Of a stretch of DNA of 60,264 nucleotides, positions 9,751-20,037 are shown piece by piece (the stretch's first letter is position 1; every line of letters begins with the position of its first letter). The DNA is taken from positions 1 to 60,264 of the forward strand of contig CALSSD010000002.1 in NCBI GenBank assembly GCA_943788915.1, given 5' to 3'. A program made the position numbers and the translations under genes. Origin of the DNA: an uncultured Acidimicrobiales bacterium. Lineage in GTDB: Bacteria > Actinomycetota > Acidimicrobiia > Acidimicrobiales > UBA10347. Under the pieces are notes generated by a model, which searched no databases, had not been told where the DNA came from, and saw only the letters and a program-made list of their open reading frames with translations.

Positions 9751-11192
9751 GTGTTTGTGCCCGTCGAATCTGAGTCCCAGCCCAACCTGGTGTTCATCAT
9801 GAGTGATGATCATGCTGCCCACGCGATCTCGGCCTATGGCAGCCGCATCAATCACACCCCAACCTGGATCGCATCGCTACCGAAGGCATACGCCTCGACG
9901 CAGCGTTCTGCACAAACTCAATTTGCGCACCCAGCAGGGCTGCGATCTTGACCGGCACGTACAACCATGTCAATGGCGTGACCACGCTCGACACGACGCT
10001 CGACAACACCTTGTGGAACTTCCCCGGCGAGATGCAACGCAACGGCTGGCAGACCGCCATGATCGGCAAGTGGCACCTAGGCCATGGAGCAGGCGCTGAT
10101 CCGTCGGGGTTTGATCACTGGCGGATCTTGCCCGGCCAGGGGCACTACCACAATCCCGTCATGCTCGAAGCAGACGGTGTGGTTGTCGAACGCGGCGGTT
10201 ACGTGACCGATCTGATTACTGATGACACCATCAACTGGATTGATCAACGCGATCGTGACCGGCCGTTCGCGGTGTTCTGCCATCACAAGGCGCCGCACCG
10301 CACGTGGGAACCTGCGGCCGAACACTTCACCATGTATGACGATGTCGAGATCCCCTTTCCCGACACGTTTCGAGATGATCTACGTGGTCGTGCCGAGGTG
10401 GTCCAAGCCGTCCGTATGCGCATGATGGATTTGGATCCCATCATCGATCTGAAGGCAACCGTGCCTCCTGGGCTGACGCTCGATCAGGAGATCGATTGGC
10501 GGTATCAGCGTTACATCAAGCACTACCTGCGTTGTGTTGCATCGATCGATGACAACGTCGGCCGGTTGCTCGAGTACCTCGACGCAAACGACCTGGCCGA
10601 GAACACCATCGTGGTCTACACATCAGACCAAGGTTTCTTCCTGAGCGACCACGGCTGGTTCGACAAACGCCTCATGTGTGAAGAATCGCTGCAGATGCCG
10701 ATGCTGGTGCGGTACCCCGCCGCGGTCGCCGCTGGATCGACTAGCGACGACATGATCGTGAACGTCGACGTTGCCCAAACGGTGCTCGACCTATGCGGCA
10801 TCGAGGCCCCCGACCATGTACAAGGTCGTTCATTCGCTTCTGTGCTGCAAGGCGACACACCCGAGGACTGGCCGACGTCCATGTACTACCGCTACTGGAT
10901 GCACCGTGATGGTTCCCATCTGTGCCCTGCTCACTACGGCGTCGGTACTCGGACCCACAAACTCATCTGTTACTACAACGACCCACTTGACCAACTCGGA
11001 GCCAACGGTCCGGCAGACCCAATCGAGTGGGAGCTCTTTGACCTGGTAGCGGATCCGCTCGAAGTGAACAATGTGTGGGGCGACCCGGCATATCAGGCCA
11101 TCACTGTTGAACTCCTGCATGAACTCGCGCGACTGCAGACGCAGGTTGGCGACAAGCCGTTTCCCGACGCAACCGCCGTTGGTCATGGTTGA
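9751..11192 (+). CDS. Sulfatase (Cys-type, formylglycine-dependent), split by a 1-nt deletion at ~9860
   Basis: [11 protein letters not shown] in frame 1; after the C-run at 9857-9860 the next frame reads NLDRIATEG...[13 protein letters not shown] (CxPxR), GKWHLG, YTSDQG. Confidence 0.88.
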
Positions 11193-11880
11193 GATCACGG
11201 TCCCCGCACTTCTCGACCACACCTTTGCAGGGATACTTCGTTCGCAAAAGGCCGACTTCGTAGCAACGACTGATGGTGGCACCTTCATCGCCCAGCACGG
11301 TGCGGCTCGTGTGGAAACCACTGACTGGCCAGGCTGGCCCACCGGCCTGTCCGCTGGTGACGCGATCATCGAAACGTTTGTCTCTGGCGCCGTCGATGTC
11401 GTGGCAACAAGCAGTAACGAACCATTCGTATCGGCGTGGCAGCCCCTTGCCGAATGGATGAATGTCACCGTCCGTTCAGCACTCGCCGATGTCGGAGTCC
11501 AGCTGGATGGCGACGCCTATATCACGGCATCACTCACCCCTGTAGACCGCCTTGAAGGCATCGCACACCTCGACGACGATCACTTCGTGCCCGCCGAGTC
11601 CGTATCGATGGTGGCGATTGTTGGTGAACACACCGGTCCTCGGGTTGCAACGACGGCACTTGGCCACCCACCGCTTCGACCGATGGCGCCGATCATGTTC
11701 ACAGCAGCGCAACGTGACGGGTTTGCAAACAATGAGATGGACCATTGCCTGTGCGCTGCCGACGAACTGGTGGTGTTTCCACAATTCGGGCAGATCCATG
11801 CGGGCCCTTCCTCCGCCCACGTAGCCAATGCCGGCCCGGCTCGTCAACTGTTCGTGATGCGCGCTCCGGTTGCCCGCTAA
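11185..11880 (+). CDS. Hypothetical protein with an HxD...H pattern (possible 2OG-Fe(II)/cupin-like)
   Basis: AHLDDD and FGQIHAGP...RQLFVM; start overlaps the sulfatase stop. Confidence 0.5.
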   Translation: MVEITVPALLDHTFAGILRSQKADFVATTDGGTFIAQHGAARVETTDWPGWPTGLSAGDAIIETFVSGAVDVVATSSNEPFVSAWQPLAEWMNVTVRSALADVGVQLDGDAYITASLTPVDRLEGIAHLDDDHFVPAESVSMVAIVGEHTGPRVATTALGHPPLRPMAPIMFTAAQRDGFANNEMDHCLCAADELVVFPQFGQIHAGPSSAHVANAGPARQLFVMRAPVAR

Positions 11881-12060
11881 GGACTGCTACTCGTCGTCGA
11901 CCTGCCACCCATTTCGTCAAGGTCGACCGTGTGCGTATGGGTGCGAATCGTTTCGAAAACGGGACGTTCGAACGCTGGTCCCGTCTCGAAATACTCCGCG
12001 AGATTCAAAACGGACGCGCACTCGTGACCTTGATTCGAGCAGCCGAAGCGACGATCCCAG

Positions 12061-13278
12061 TCAGGAAACTGCCACGCCGACGCGGTCTTTCGTATCACTC
12101 GGCACCGGCGGCAACCCCAACGAGATAACGAACGCTGCTACCAGGAATACGGCCGTGCCGACCAGGGCTGCACCAAACCCGCCGATCAGAAACAACATGC
12201 CCGAAAGCACTGTGCCTACGAGTCGACCGGCGGCATTCGCCGAATAGTAGAAGCCGACATCGAGGGCCGTTTCATCTTCGCTCGTCGAATAGGCCAGCAC
12301 CAGATACGAATGCACCGACGACGTCAGCGCGAACATCACGCCAAACCCCAACAGGCCGACAACGGTGATCAAGGCTTGGAGCTCGTTCGTCCACACCGAC
12401 ACAGCGATAAACATCGCGGTGGCAGCCATAGGCGGCAAGAACCCAAAGGCGCCAAGTGGCGTGTGCGCTACCGATGCCAACAGGCGCGGGGCTAGTGACT
12501 GCACCAGTCCGTAACCGATGACCCAACACGCCAGGAACGCGCCGATGGCCTCGTAGGACCAACCGAGCATGTCGTCGAGGAACACCGGCAGCGCTACAAC
12601 GAACCAGATGTCGCGGGACCCAAACAGGAAGAACCGGGCCGCAGACAACCGTTGGATCGCAGATGACTTCTTAAGAACAGAAGCCAGGGCTGGCCGCGTG
12701 GTGGCTCGACCAACGTCACCAAGGGCCGTCGTGACGAGAACAAGCACAAGTCCCAGGGCCACTGCCATTGCGAGGAGTGCTCCTCGAAAATCGAGCCATC
12801 CCAATAAGGCAGCACCCACGAAGAAACCGACACCCTTAAGCGCATTCTTCGAACCGGTGAGGATGGCCACCAGACGAAACAACTTGCCGTCGGGGGCAAC
12901 AAACTTCACCGCTGATTTGGCGCTCATCTTTGTCAGGTCCTTGGCGATACCCGACAAGGCCTGAGCACCCATCACCCAACCAACAGCGAGCCATTCGCGC
13001 CATTCAGGCTCATGCAGCGTCAAGACCAGCAAAGCGGCGATCTGCAACCCCAAGCCGGCAACCAACGTGCGGTTCAATCCGTGGTTGGTGCCGACCCAAC
13101 CGCCGATCAGATTGGTGAATACCCCAAAGAACTCATACAGCAGGAACAGTAGAGCGAGCGATAGCGGGCTGTACCCCAAGTCGTGGAAGTACAACAGGAC
13201 CAGCATCCGCAGCGCCCCGTCTGTCACGGTGAACGCCCAGTATGCACCGGTCACCACCACGTAGGAGCGAAGGTTCAT
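12061..13278 (-). CDS. arsJ: Organoarsenical efflux MFS transporter ArsJ
   Basis: YWAFTVTDGALRMLVLLYFH, LFLLYEFFG, AQALSGIAKDLTKMSAKSA, LTGSKNALKGVGFF, RFFLFGSRDIWFVVALPVFL, VGFYYSANAAGRL. Confidence 0.9.
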   Translation of the reverse strand: MNLRSYVVVTGAYWAFTVTDGALRMLVLLYFHDLGYSPLSLALLFLLYEFFGVFTNLIGGWVGTNHGLNRTLVAGLGLQIAALLVLTLHEPEWREWLAVGWVMGAQALSGIAKDLTKMSAKSAVKFVAPDGKLFRLVAILTGSKNALKGVGFFVGAALLGWLDFRGALLAMAVALGLVLVLVTTALGDVGRATTRPALASVLKKSSAIQRLSAARFFLFGSRDIWFVVALPVFLDDMLGWSYEAIGAFLACWVIGYGLVQSLAPRLLASVAHTPLGAFGFLPPMAATAMFIAVSVWTNELQALITVVGLLGFGVMFALTSSVHSYLVLAYSTSEDETALDVGFYYSANAAGRLVGTVLSGMLFLIGGFGAALVGTAVFLVAAFVISLGLPPVPSDTKDRVGVAVS

Positions 13279-13334
13279 GACAGCAGTCTTCTACAAACCT
13301 CACGAGCAACAGGAATATCGCTTCTTGCCCTACC

Positions 13335-14171
13335 ATGGCGCCCGTGACTCCCTTCTTCGCGGCACAACTCACTGCCAGCGACTGGATCACTGCGGGCGCC
13401 ACTGCGCTCGTCACACTTCTGTTGGCGATCATGATCCGCCGGATCACCAAACGCCGCATCCGCAAGAAGGACAAACACGCAGAACTCACCGATTTCGGCG
13501 GGCGGCTGCTGATCTCTCTCGTTCTCTCTGCCGGGGCCTACTACACCCTCGAAGCACTCCACGTAGAGCTCGGGCCGGCACTTGGCGCCTTCGGTATCGG
13601 TGCGCTGTTTATCGCGGTAGGGCTTCAACCGTTGTTGGTCAACATCGTTGGGTCTGTGGTGCTTCAAGCCCGGCGGCCCTTCCGTCGAGGCGATCAAATC
13701 CTAAGCAACAGCTTCGAAGGCACGGTGCTCGATATCACCTCGACGTCCACGGTGTTGCTCAGTTACGACGGCGAGTCCATCCATATTCCAAATGCACAAG
13801 TCCTGAGCCAACCACTGGTCAACTGGACACACGAACCGGTGCGGCGCACGATTCTGCCGATCACGGTTCCCTACGGATGTGAGCTGGCCATGGTCCTGGC
13901 CATGGTCGGCCGGGCAACCCGCAACGCTCTCAACGACGAGAACCTGCCGCCGGCCGAAGCACTCGCCACTGGTTTCGGTGCCCACGGCATCGAAATCAGC
14001 TTGCGGTTCTGGCACTACAGCGATCGCCTCGAATCGCAGGTCGCATTGAGCCAGGTTGTCGTGGCTGTCAACGATGCCTTGAACGAGGCAGGTGTCGTGA
14101 TCCCGTACAACCAACTGGTCGTCCACCCCGCCGAAATCGCGGATCCAGCCGAACCGCTCGAACCGGACTAA
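13335..14171 (+). CDS. Small-conductance mechanosensitive channel (MscS family)
   Basis: Three TM helices, then RPFRRGDQI, GTVLDI, IHIPNAQV, VVIPY. Confidence 0.9.
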   Translation: MAPVTPFFAAQLTASDWITAGATALVTLLLAIMIRRITKRRIRKKDKHAELTDFGGRLLISLVLSAGAYYTLEALHVELGPALGAFGIGALFIAVGLQPLLVNIVGSVVLQARRPFRRGDQILSNSFEGTVLDITSTSTVLLSYDGESIHIPNAQVLSQPLVNWTHEPVRRTILPITVPYGCELAMVLAMVGRATRNALNDENLPPAEALATGFGAHGIEISLRFWHYSDRLESQVALSQVVVAVNDALNEAGVVIPYNQLVVHPAEIADPAEPLEPD

Positions 14172-15031
14172 CGGTCTTGCCATGGAAAATGTTCGGGCAC
14201 TGTCTCACCCCGAGGCAAATCGCCAGTCCCCGGAATGGTCTGATCGAAGTCGATCGATGCGCCAGTCATCATCCCTGACTCGGCCGAGGCAAGAAAGCAG
14301 ATGCCCCGGGCAACTTCTTGGGGCTGAAGAAGCCGGCCGAACGGCTGCTGGGCTTCCGCTCTGCTGAGCCAATCCTCTGGTGCGTCGTGAAACTGCTTCT
14401 GCACCTCGTGCTCAGCGGGTGTGTCCATCCAGCCAGGATTTAACATATTCACCCGAATCCCCTCGGCCATCAGCGAAAAGGCCGCATTCTTGGCCAGCGC
14501 CTCGAGCGCATGTTTCGACGTTGCATACGGCCACAACACCGAGTTGCCACCATGGTGTGCAATCGAGCTGATCAGCACCATCGAACCGTGAATACCTTCA
14601 CGTTTCATGATCCGAGCGAACGCAGTGACCAAAACACCCGGCATCTGCACGTTCATGGCCAACATCTCGGTCCACATTGCGGGTGTCGTGTTCCAGACGC
14701 TGCCCCGCCAAGTCGCTGCGGCACAGTTCACGAATACGTCGACTCGACCAAGCAAGGTTTCGGTTGCGTCGACGACACTCTCGGTTCCCGCAACGGTCGC
14801 AAGGTCAGCACTGTGAAAGTGCGCTTGGCACCCTTCGCCGGTGAGCCGAGCCGCAGCTCGGTTTCCTTTGTCGCTGTCGCGACCGATCAGCAGCAAGGTG
14901 CGCGCTCCCCTGGCCTTCATCAGCTCGGCGGTTGCGTACCCAAGCCCCTGGCTACCGCCGGTTATCACTGCATACTTGCCCTCGAACGAGGCATGAGCGA
15001 AAGGTGACGATGGGTTAAGCGTTTGATCCAC
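14168..15031 (-). CDS. Short-chain dehydrogenase/reductase
   Basis: TGGSQGLG, VNCAA, YATSK, IRVNMLNPGWMDT; start set at GTG 15031. Confidence 0.9.
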   Translation of the reverse strand: MDQTLNPSSPFAHASFEGKYAVITGGSQGLGYATAELMKARGARTLLLIGRDSDKGNRAAARLTGEGCQAHFHSADLATVAGTESVVDATETLLGRVDVFVNCAAATWRGSVWNTTPAMWTEMLAMNVQMPGVLVTAFARIMKREGIHGSMVLISSIAHHGGNSVLWPYATSKHALEALAKNAAFSLMAEGIRVNMLNPGWMDTPAEHEVQKQFHDAPEDWLSRAEAQQPFGRLLQPQEVARGICFLASAESGMMTGASIDFDQTIPGTGDLPRGETVPEHFPWQDR

Positions 15032-15488
15032 CCGGCGACAGTACAGGCTCGATCGCGTGCAAATAGTCGACCAATCGTGCGGCCATCTCGAAAGCCAGGT
15101 CAGGGTCGTCGAGGTCAGGTTCCAGCCACACGTCGGAGACCCGCCGCCAGTTGTCGGCCCCCAGGAAAACGCCTGCCTCGGATTCCTCACCCAGCGCTGG
15201 TCGCCACGTGGTTTCGTGGTCCAAGAGCTCCTGCAGGATCTGCTCATTGTGGGCCGGATCCTTATGTTCCGCGTGGAAACCAACCTCGATAGCCATCCCA
15301 TCGATGCCGTCGACATGACGCCGAGGGATGAGCTGAGCCTCGTAGTGAGCTCGGGTCGGTGTCTCGGGGCCGAACCAAGCCTTGACACCTCGGCGGTGTG
15401 ACCGGAGGTGCAGCGTGGCCCCGTCGTCGGCCATCAGAGATCGGACCGCATCAGCCACCTGCTCGAACAGGTGCGTCTCAATGGTCAT
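15015..15488 (-). CDS. Hypothetical protein
   Basis: 157-aa ORF with protein-like composition; leaderless TAGGTT-N6-ATG; overlaps the SDR start. Confidence 0.7.
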   Translation of the reverse strand: MTIETHLFEQVADAVRSLMADDGATLHLRSHRRGVKAWFGPETPTRAHYEAQLIPRRHVDGIDGMAIEVGFHAEHKDPAHNEQILQELLDHETTWRPALGEESEAGVFLGADNWRRVSDVWLEPDLDDPDLAFEMAARLVDYLHAIEPVLSPGGSNA

Positions 15489-15679
15489 GGCCGCAACCTA
15501 CTGGATCGATCTACCCCAACGACTGCGCTGACTGGCACAACCTGTGTGGTTGGCAGACCGAGGACTCGTTGCGGTCGGATTGGATTCAGCGTTTGCTCGC
15601 CCACCAGGGTCGGCTGAGTCCCGGAATCAGGCGATCGAAGGCATCCTCGGTCCGCTGCACCTGGAGATCCCCTGTGGGG

Positions 15680-17278
15680 CTAGCCCACGGCGCCGAGCTG
15701 GAATCCGTCGTAACCATTGGCCACAACCTGCTCACATTTCTTGACATAGGGCGGGAAACCCGGCAACGGCATGAAGACCCGAGTCTTGCCAGGCACGTTC
15801 GCTCCGAGATACCAGGAGTTACATGATGGGTACAGCGTTTGATCGGCGACTGCGTTGACGTGATCGACCCAAGCATCCGCGGCCTCAGGTGTGGCTTCGA
15901 TGCTGGTGAGCCCATGTGAACGGAGGTGGTCGATGCAGTCTGCGATCCATTCCACGTGTTGCTCGATCGATGCGACCATGTTCGTGAGCACCGACGGGCT
16001 GCCCGGACCTGAGATGGTGAACAGGTTCGGAAACTCGGGCACGCTAAGGCCCAGATAGGTCCGAGGCCCAGCGGCCCAACTGTCGGTCAGCGGTCGCCCG
16101 CCCCTGCCCCGCAGGTCCATTCGCAAGATCGTGCCCGTCATGGCATCGAAGCCTGTGGCGAAGACAAGCGTGTCGACTTCGTGTACCAGGCCCCCGACCC
16201 GCACGCCGGTTGCGGTGATCTCAGCGATCGGGGTGGTTCCCACATCGACGAGCGACACATCGTCTCGGTTGAACGTCTCGAAGTAGTTCGTGTCGATAAC
16301 GATCCGTTTGCAACCAATCACGTGATGGGGGCTCAGCAGGTCGGCAGTCTCTGGATCGCTCACGACCTCGTGGATCTTGCCTCGAACAAATTCGGCGACA
16401 ACCTCGTTTGCTGCTGGGTCCACGATTGCATCACTAAACGCCCACATGAATGTGGTGCCACCAACCTGCCACCGCCGCTCGAGCTCTTCGACTCGTTCCT
16501 CTGGGGTCAGATCAAACGCTGACACGCGTTCGGCTTGATACGGCAGCCCATAGGCACCCGGCATGGCGTTATTGCCTGCCCGAAACTCTGGATAACTGGA
16601 CTTCACTGCCTCGATTTCATCGGCTTCGAGTCCACGGTTACGGGCCGGAATTGTGTACTGCGCCGTTCGCTGGAAGACGGTGAGATGGGCAGACTGCTCG
16701 GCAAGAACAGGAATCGCTTGGACCCCCGAAGAACCGGTGCCGATGATCCCCACCCGCCGCTGCGTCAGATCAATGCCTTCGTGCGGCCATCGCCCGGTGT
16801 GCAGAACCTCGCCTGCGAAATCCTCGATGCCTGGAATATCTGGCGTGTTGGTCGACGACAAGCAACCGGTTGCCATGATCAAGAACCGAGCCGAGACCTC
16901 GCTCCCGTCGTCGGCAGCAACGACCCAGTAGTCGCCGCCCTCGTCGTAGCTTGCGCCAACAACTCTGGTGTCGAACTGGAAATGTTGCCGTAACTCGTGT
17001 CGGTCAGCAACATGGTTGATGTAGCTGAGAATCTCGGGTTGTGGCGCGTACCGCTCGGTCCAGGTCCATTCTTGCTGAAGATCAGCATCGAATTGATACG
17101 AGTACTCCATACTCTCGACATCGCAGCGCGCTCCTGGATACCGGTTCCAGTACCAGGTCCCGCCCACGTTGGCACCGGCTTCGAAACCCTGCACAGTGCA
17201 TCCGAGCGACCGCAACTTGTGGACCATATAGAGGCCAGCAAACCCGGCGCCGACAACGACAGCATCTTTCATCGCCAA
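15680..17278 (-). CDS. Type I Baeyer-Villiger monooxygenase (cyclohexanone monooxygenase-like)
   Basis: GAGFAG, GGTWYWNRYPGARCD, BVMO fingerprint FAGEVLHTGRWP, GTGSSG, ATGFD. Confidence 0.95.
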   Translation of the reverse strand: MAMKDAVVVGAGFAGLYMVHKLRSLGCTVQGFEAGANVGGTWYWNRYPGARCDVESMEYSYQFDADLQQEWTWTERYAPQPEILSYINHVADRHELRQHFQFDTRVVGASYDEGGDYWVVAADDGSEVSARFLIMATGCLSSTNTPDIPGIEDFAGEVLHTGRWPHEGIDLTQRRVGIIGTGSSGVQAIPVLAEQSAHLTVFQRTAQYTIPARNRGLEADEIEAVKSSYPEFRAGNNAMPGAYGLPYQAERVSAFDLTPEERVEELERRWQVGGTTFMWAFSDAIVDPAANEVVAEFVRGKIHEVVSDPETADLLSPHHVIGCKRIVIDTNYFETFNRDDVSLVDVGTTPIAEITATGVRVGGLVHEVDTLVFATGFDAMTGTILRMDLRGRGGRPLTDSWAAGPRTYLGLSVPEFPNLFTISGPGSPSVLTNMVASIEQHVEWIADCIDHLRSHGLTSIEATPEAADAWVDHVNAVADQTLYPSCNSWYLGANVPGKTRVFMPLPGFPPYVKKCEQVVANGYDGFQLGAVG

Positions 17279-17281
17279 AGG

Positions 17282-18472
17282 TTAGTGACTGGTGTCCGAT
17301 GTGTTCGAACCCGCAAAGACTAAGAACGCCGCAGCCGCTATGCCGATGAAAACCGCATTGACGCCGATGGCGAACGGGATCGACACCGCATCAGCCAGTA
17401 GACCGCTGAGCACAGGAGACAGAACAACTCCTATGTCACCAAACGTTCGGTACAAGCCCATCGCCGCACCCCGCTGGTCTTCGGTAGCCAAATCCGCCAC
17501 ATAGGCAGCCGGAGCTGGCCCAGTGATCGATGACCCAACCGCCGACATCGTAAGGCCGGCGATGAACAGCGGCAGTGTGTCGGCAACCGCGACGATGCCA
17601 ATACCGACAGCGATCAGGGTGGCCGTCGGCACGATGATGGTCTTGCGGCCGAATCGGTCGGTGGCTAATCCCGCAGGCCAAATCAGCACAACGCCAATCA
17701 GGCCAAGAGCAGTAAAGAGCAAACCCAACTCATCGACCTTCAGCCCGAACGAATCGCTCAGCTGGAGGGGTACCAATGTCTGGCGCACACCTGCACGCAC
17801 AGAGAACACACCAATGGTGACTACACCGACCAGGAGAAAGTCGGTCGAGCGCAGCAGCGCCCACCGAGACGGCTGATCGCCCGGAGCAACATCACGGGCG
17901 ATACGAGCCTGCTCAGCACTTCGAGTCTCGGGCAGCCGGAAGAAGCTATAGACCGCAGTGAGCACCCCGCCCACCGCGACCACATAGAACGGCATCGACA
18001 GGTCGTACCGATCGGCGATAAGCCCGCCGAGCGCTGGACCGAATCCAACGCCGACGAGCAGCGCTCCCTGGTTCGCAGCGATGAATCGGCCGCGTTGCTC
18101 GGCAGAGGCGATGTCGAGTAGATAGATCGTGGCACCGGTCATGTACAGCGCCGAACCCAGGCCGGCTACGAATCGGAAACCCAGGAGAATCCAAATGGTG
18201 TTCGCCAGTCCCGAGCCGAACATGCCGAAGGCAGTAACGAGCGGCCCTCCGATTAACAGCTTGCGCCGGCCGCTTCGATCCGCCAACATCCCCGCTGGCA
18301 CATTGGTCAACAGCCGGGCAAGCCCAAAGGCGGTTACCGTCGCCCCGACAAGAGCTGTCGACACACCAAAGCTGTCGGCATACAGCGGCAGGATCGGGCT
18401 AACGATGCCCTGACCTGCCATGACGAGGACGGTCGAGATACAAATCGCAATGAGCTGTTCGTACGTCTTCAT
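17282..18472 (-). CDS. MFS transporter (DHA1-like)
   Basis: 12 hydrophobic segments; motif A GMLADRSGRR and GLATDRFGRK. Confidence 0.9.
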   Translation of the reverse strand: MKTYEQLIAICISTVLVMAGQGIVSPILPLYADSFGVSTALVGATVTAFGLARLLTNVPAGMLADRSGRRKLLIGGPLVTAFGMFGSGLANTIWILLGFRFVAGLGSALYMTGATIYLLDIASAEQRGRFIAANQGALLVGVGFGPALGGLIADRYDLSMPFYVVAVGGVLTAVYSFFRLPETRSAEQARIARDVAPGDQPSRWALLRSTDFLLVGVVTIGVFSVRAGVRQTLVPLQLSDSFGLKVDELGLLFTALGLIGVVLIWPAGLATDRFGRKTIIVPTATLIAVGIGIVAVADTLPLFIAGLTMSAVGSSITGPAPAAYVADLATEDQRGAAMGLYRTFGDIGVVLSPVLSGLLADAVSIPFAIGVNAVFIGIAAAAFLVFAGSNTSDTSH

Positions 18473-18732
18473 GCGGACATGCGGCTAATGCCGCAGCCAC
18501 CCGTCGTCTGCCTGAGGTGAACATGCGTCCCAGATCGTGATGTCTGGTGCTCGCGAGCCCGGCGGCCTTGTTGTTCGCATGCCCGGTAAGACGAGCTGCA
18601 AAGGCGTTCGGCGGCACGTTCGAAAACCAGCCCCGAACCGTTCCATCAGTCACAAGTGCCAGCGTATGCCCCAGCGGCATGTCGGACCGATTCTTGCCTG
18701 CTGCGGTAAACGGCGGGGCAGACACAACCGCT

Positions 18733-18864
18733 ATGACAGCTCAGATCAGAGGGTTTCGTACCCGTCTCAAACGGGACCATCCACTCGGCCACTACCAAGA
18801 AGTTCGCGCTCGTCACCTTCAGCGCCGCGTGCATGACTACGTTGGTGGGTATCCCAACGACTGA
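18733..18864 (+). CDS. Possible small basic protein (43 aa)
   Basis: MTAQIRGFRTRLKRDHPLGHYQEVRARHLQRRVHDYVGGYPND* in an otherwise empty spacer; no family recognised. Confidence 0.3.
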   Translation: MTAQIRGFRTRLKRDHPLGHYQEVRARHLQRRVHDYVGGYPND

Positions 18865-18890
18865 CCCTCCACTTTTCGGACCGGAATCTC

Positions 18891-19550
18891 ATGCGACTTG
18901 AATCGAAACGCGCCAGCGTCCCCACGCTCTTCCTCGAGATGGGCAATACGGTCGGGGCTCTTCTCGACCACCCCGACGTCGAAGCCAACTGGAACGAACC
19001 CAGTGCACTTGAACACATGACGGTCGGCGCACTCGCTGCCCACCTTGGGCGTGCGTTCACGACTGCATGGCTCTATATGCAAGCAGATGAGTGCAACATC
19101 GAAGAAGACATCGACGCCAGCCAGTACTTCTTTCGGGCATTCGATCAGCCCGACGATGATCTCGCCGAACTACGAGCGAGCATTGTGCAACGAGCGTCCG
19201 ACGATGCCGAACCAGGTGCCACCGCTGTGCGAGAGCTTCATACCCGTACCGTTTCAGATCTGCGCACCAGGCTGATCGGCGAACCGGGGGAACGTGGCAT
19301 TGAGGTATTCGGCGGTGTATGTATGCCGCTCGACAGCTATCTGGTGACCCGCATGGTCGAGGCGGTCATACACAGCGACGACCTAGCCCATTCGCTGGGT
19401 ATCGACACGCCAACCTTTGCACCCGACGTCGTCGACTTGGTCATGGTCGCCTTGTTAGGCATGGCTCGTGAACGGCATGGCGACATCATCATGTTGCGCG
19501 AATTCGCCCGAGGCGAACGTGCGACCGGCGATCGGCTTCCCGTCTTTTAG
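18891..19550 (+). CDS. MDMPI/DinB-like family protein (paralogue of 1891-2529)
   Basis: WNEPSALEHMTVGALAAHL, TRMVEAVIHSDDLA, C-terminal PVF shared with the first copy. Confidence 0.8.
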   Translation: MRLESKRASVPTLFLEMGNTVGALLDHPDVEANWNEPSALEHMTVGALAAHLGRAFTTAWLYMQADECNIEEDIDASQYFFRAFDQPDDDLAELRASIVQRASDDAEPGATAVRELHTRTVSDLRTRLIGEPGERGIEVFGGVCMPLDSYLVTRMVEAVIHSDDLAHSLGIDTPTFAPDVVDLVMVALLGMARERHGDIIMLREFARGERATGDRLPVF

Positions 19551-19571
19551 CTGGCTAGTGACCCGGCGTCC

Positions 19572-20018
19572 TTAGTGGCGAGATGGGCGCACGAATGTCA
19601 TGTTGCAGTAGCGATCCGAGAACCGCCATCCGTCAGCGGTTCGCACAAACGTGTCGTGGTACTCGCCGACATACTTCGGGACATCGGCTGGCGCTGGTGT
19701 CTCGGCAACACCGGTTTCGGAGTCGTGTCGGTAGTTCACCAGGTAACAAATCCCACTGGCGGTGTCGCCGTCGACGGTGACAGCGATATTCGTGCATACG
19801 TGCCGTGATTGTCGGCGGGTCACGCCTTGGCGACGGGAGAATCCGGCCCGGATGCCTTCTTGGCCATCCATCGAGAACTCATCGGTTCGCCACACGCCAT
19901 CAGCGGTAAACAGATCGGCGATGCCCGGGGCGTTGCCGAAGTCGACCAGGTGGGTGTATTCGGTGATCAGACGCTCACATGCCCGTTCGTCGAGCAGTCG
20001 TTGTAGGTCGTCGCTCAT
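19572..20018 (-). CDS. SnoaL/NTF2-like protein
   Basis: LITEYTHLVD, LFTADGVW, RHVCTN, GEYHDTFVRTADGWRF. Confidence 0.88.
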   Translation of the reverse strand: MSDDLQRLLDERACERLITEYTHLVDFGNAPGIADLFTADGVWRTDEFSMDGQEGIRAGFSRRQGVTRRQSRHVCTNIAVTVDGDTASGICYLVNYRHDSETGVAETPAPADVPKYVGEYHDTFVRTADGWRFSDRYCNMTFVRPSRH

Positions 20019-20037
20019 CACAGGGTCACAACTGGGC

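Noticed and set aside
14168..15388. 406-aa extended SDR and other long 5' ORF extensions (27334-28581, 6543-7613, 39861-41027, 36989-37651)
   Set aside because: Extensions overlap better-supported genes or promoters; family motifs begin at the downstream starts
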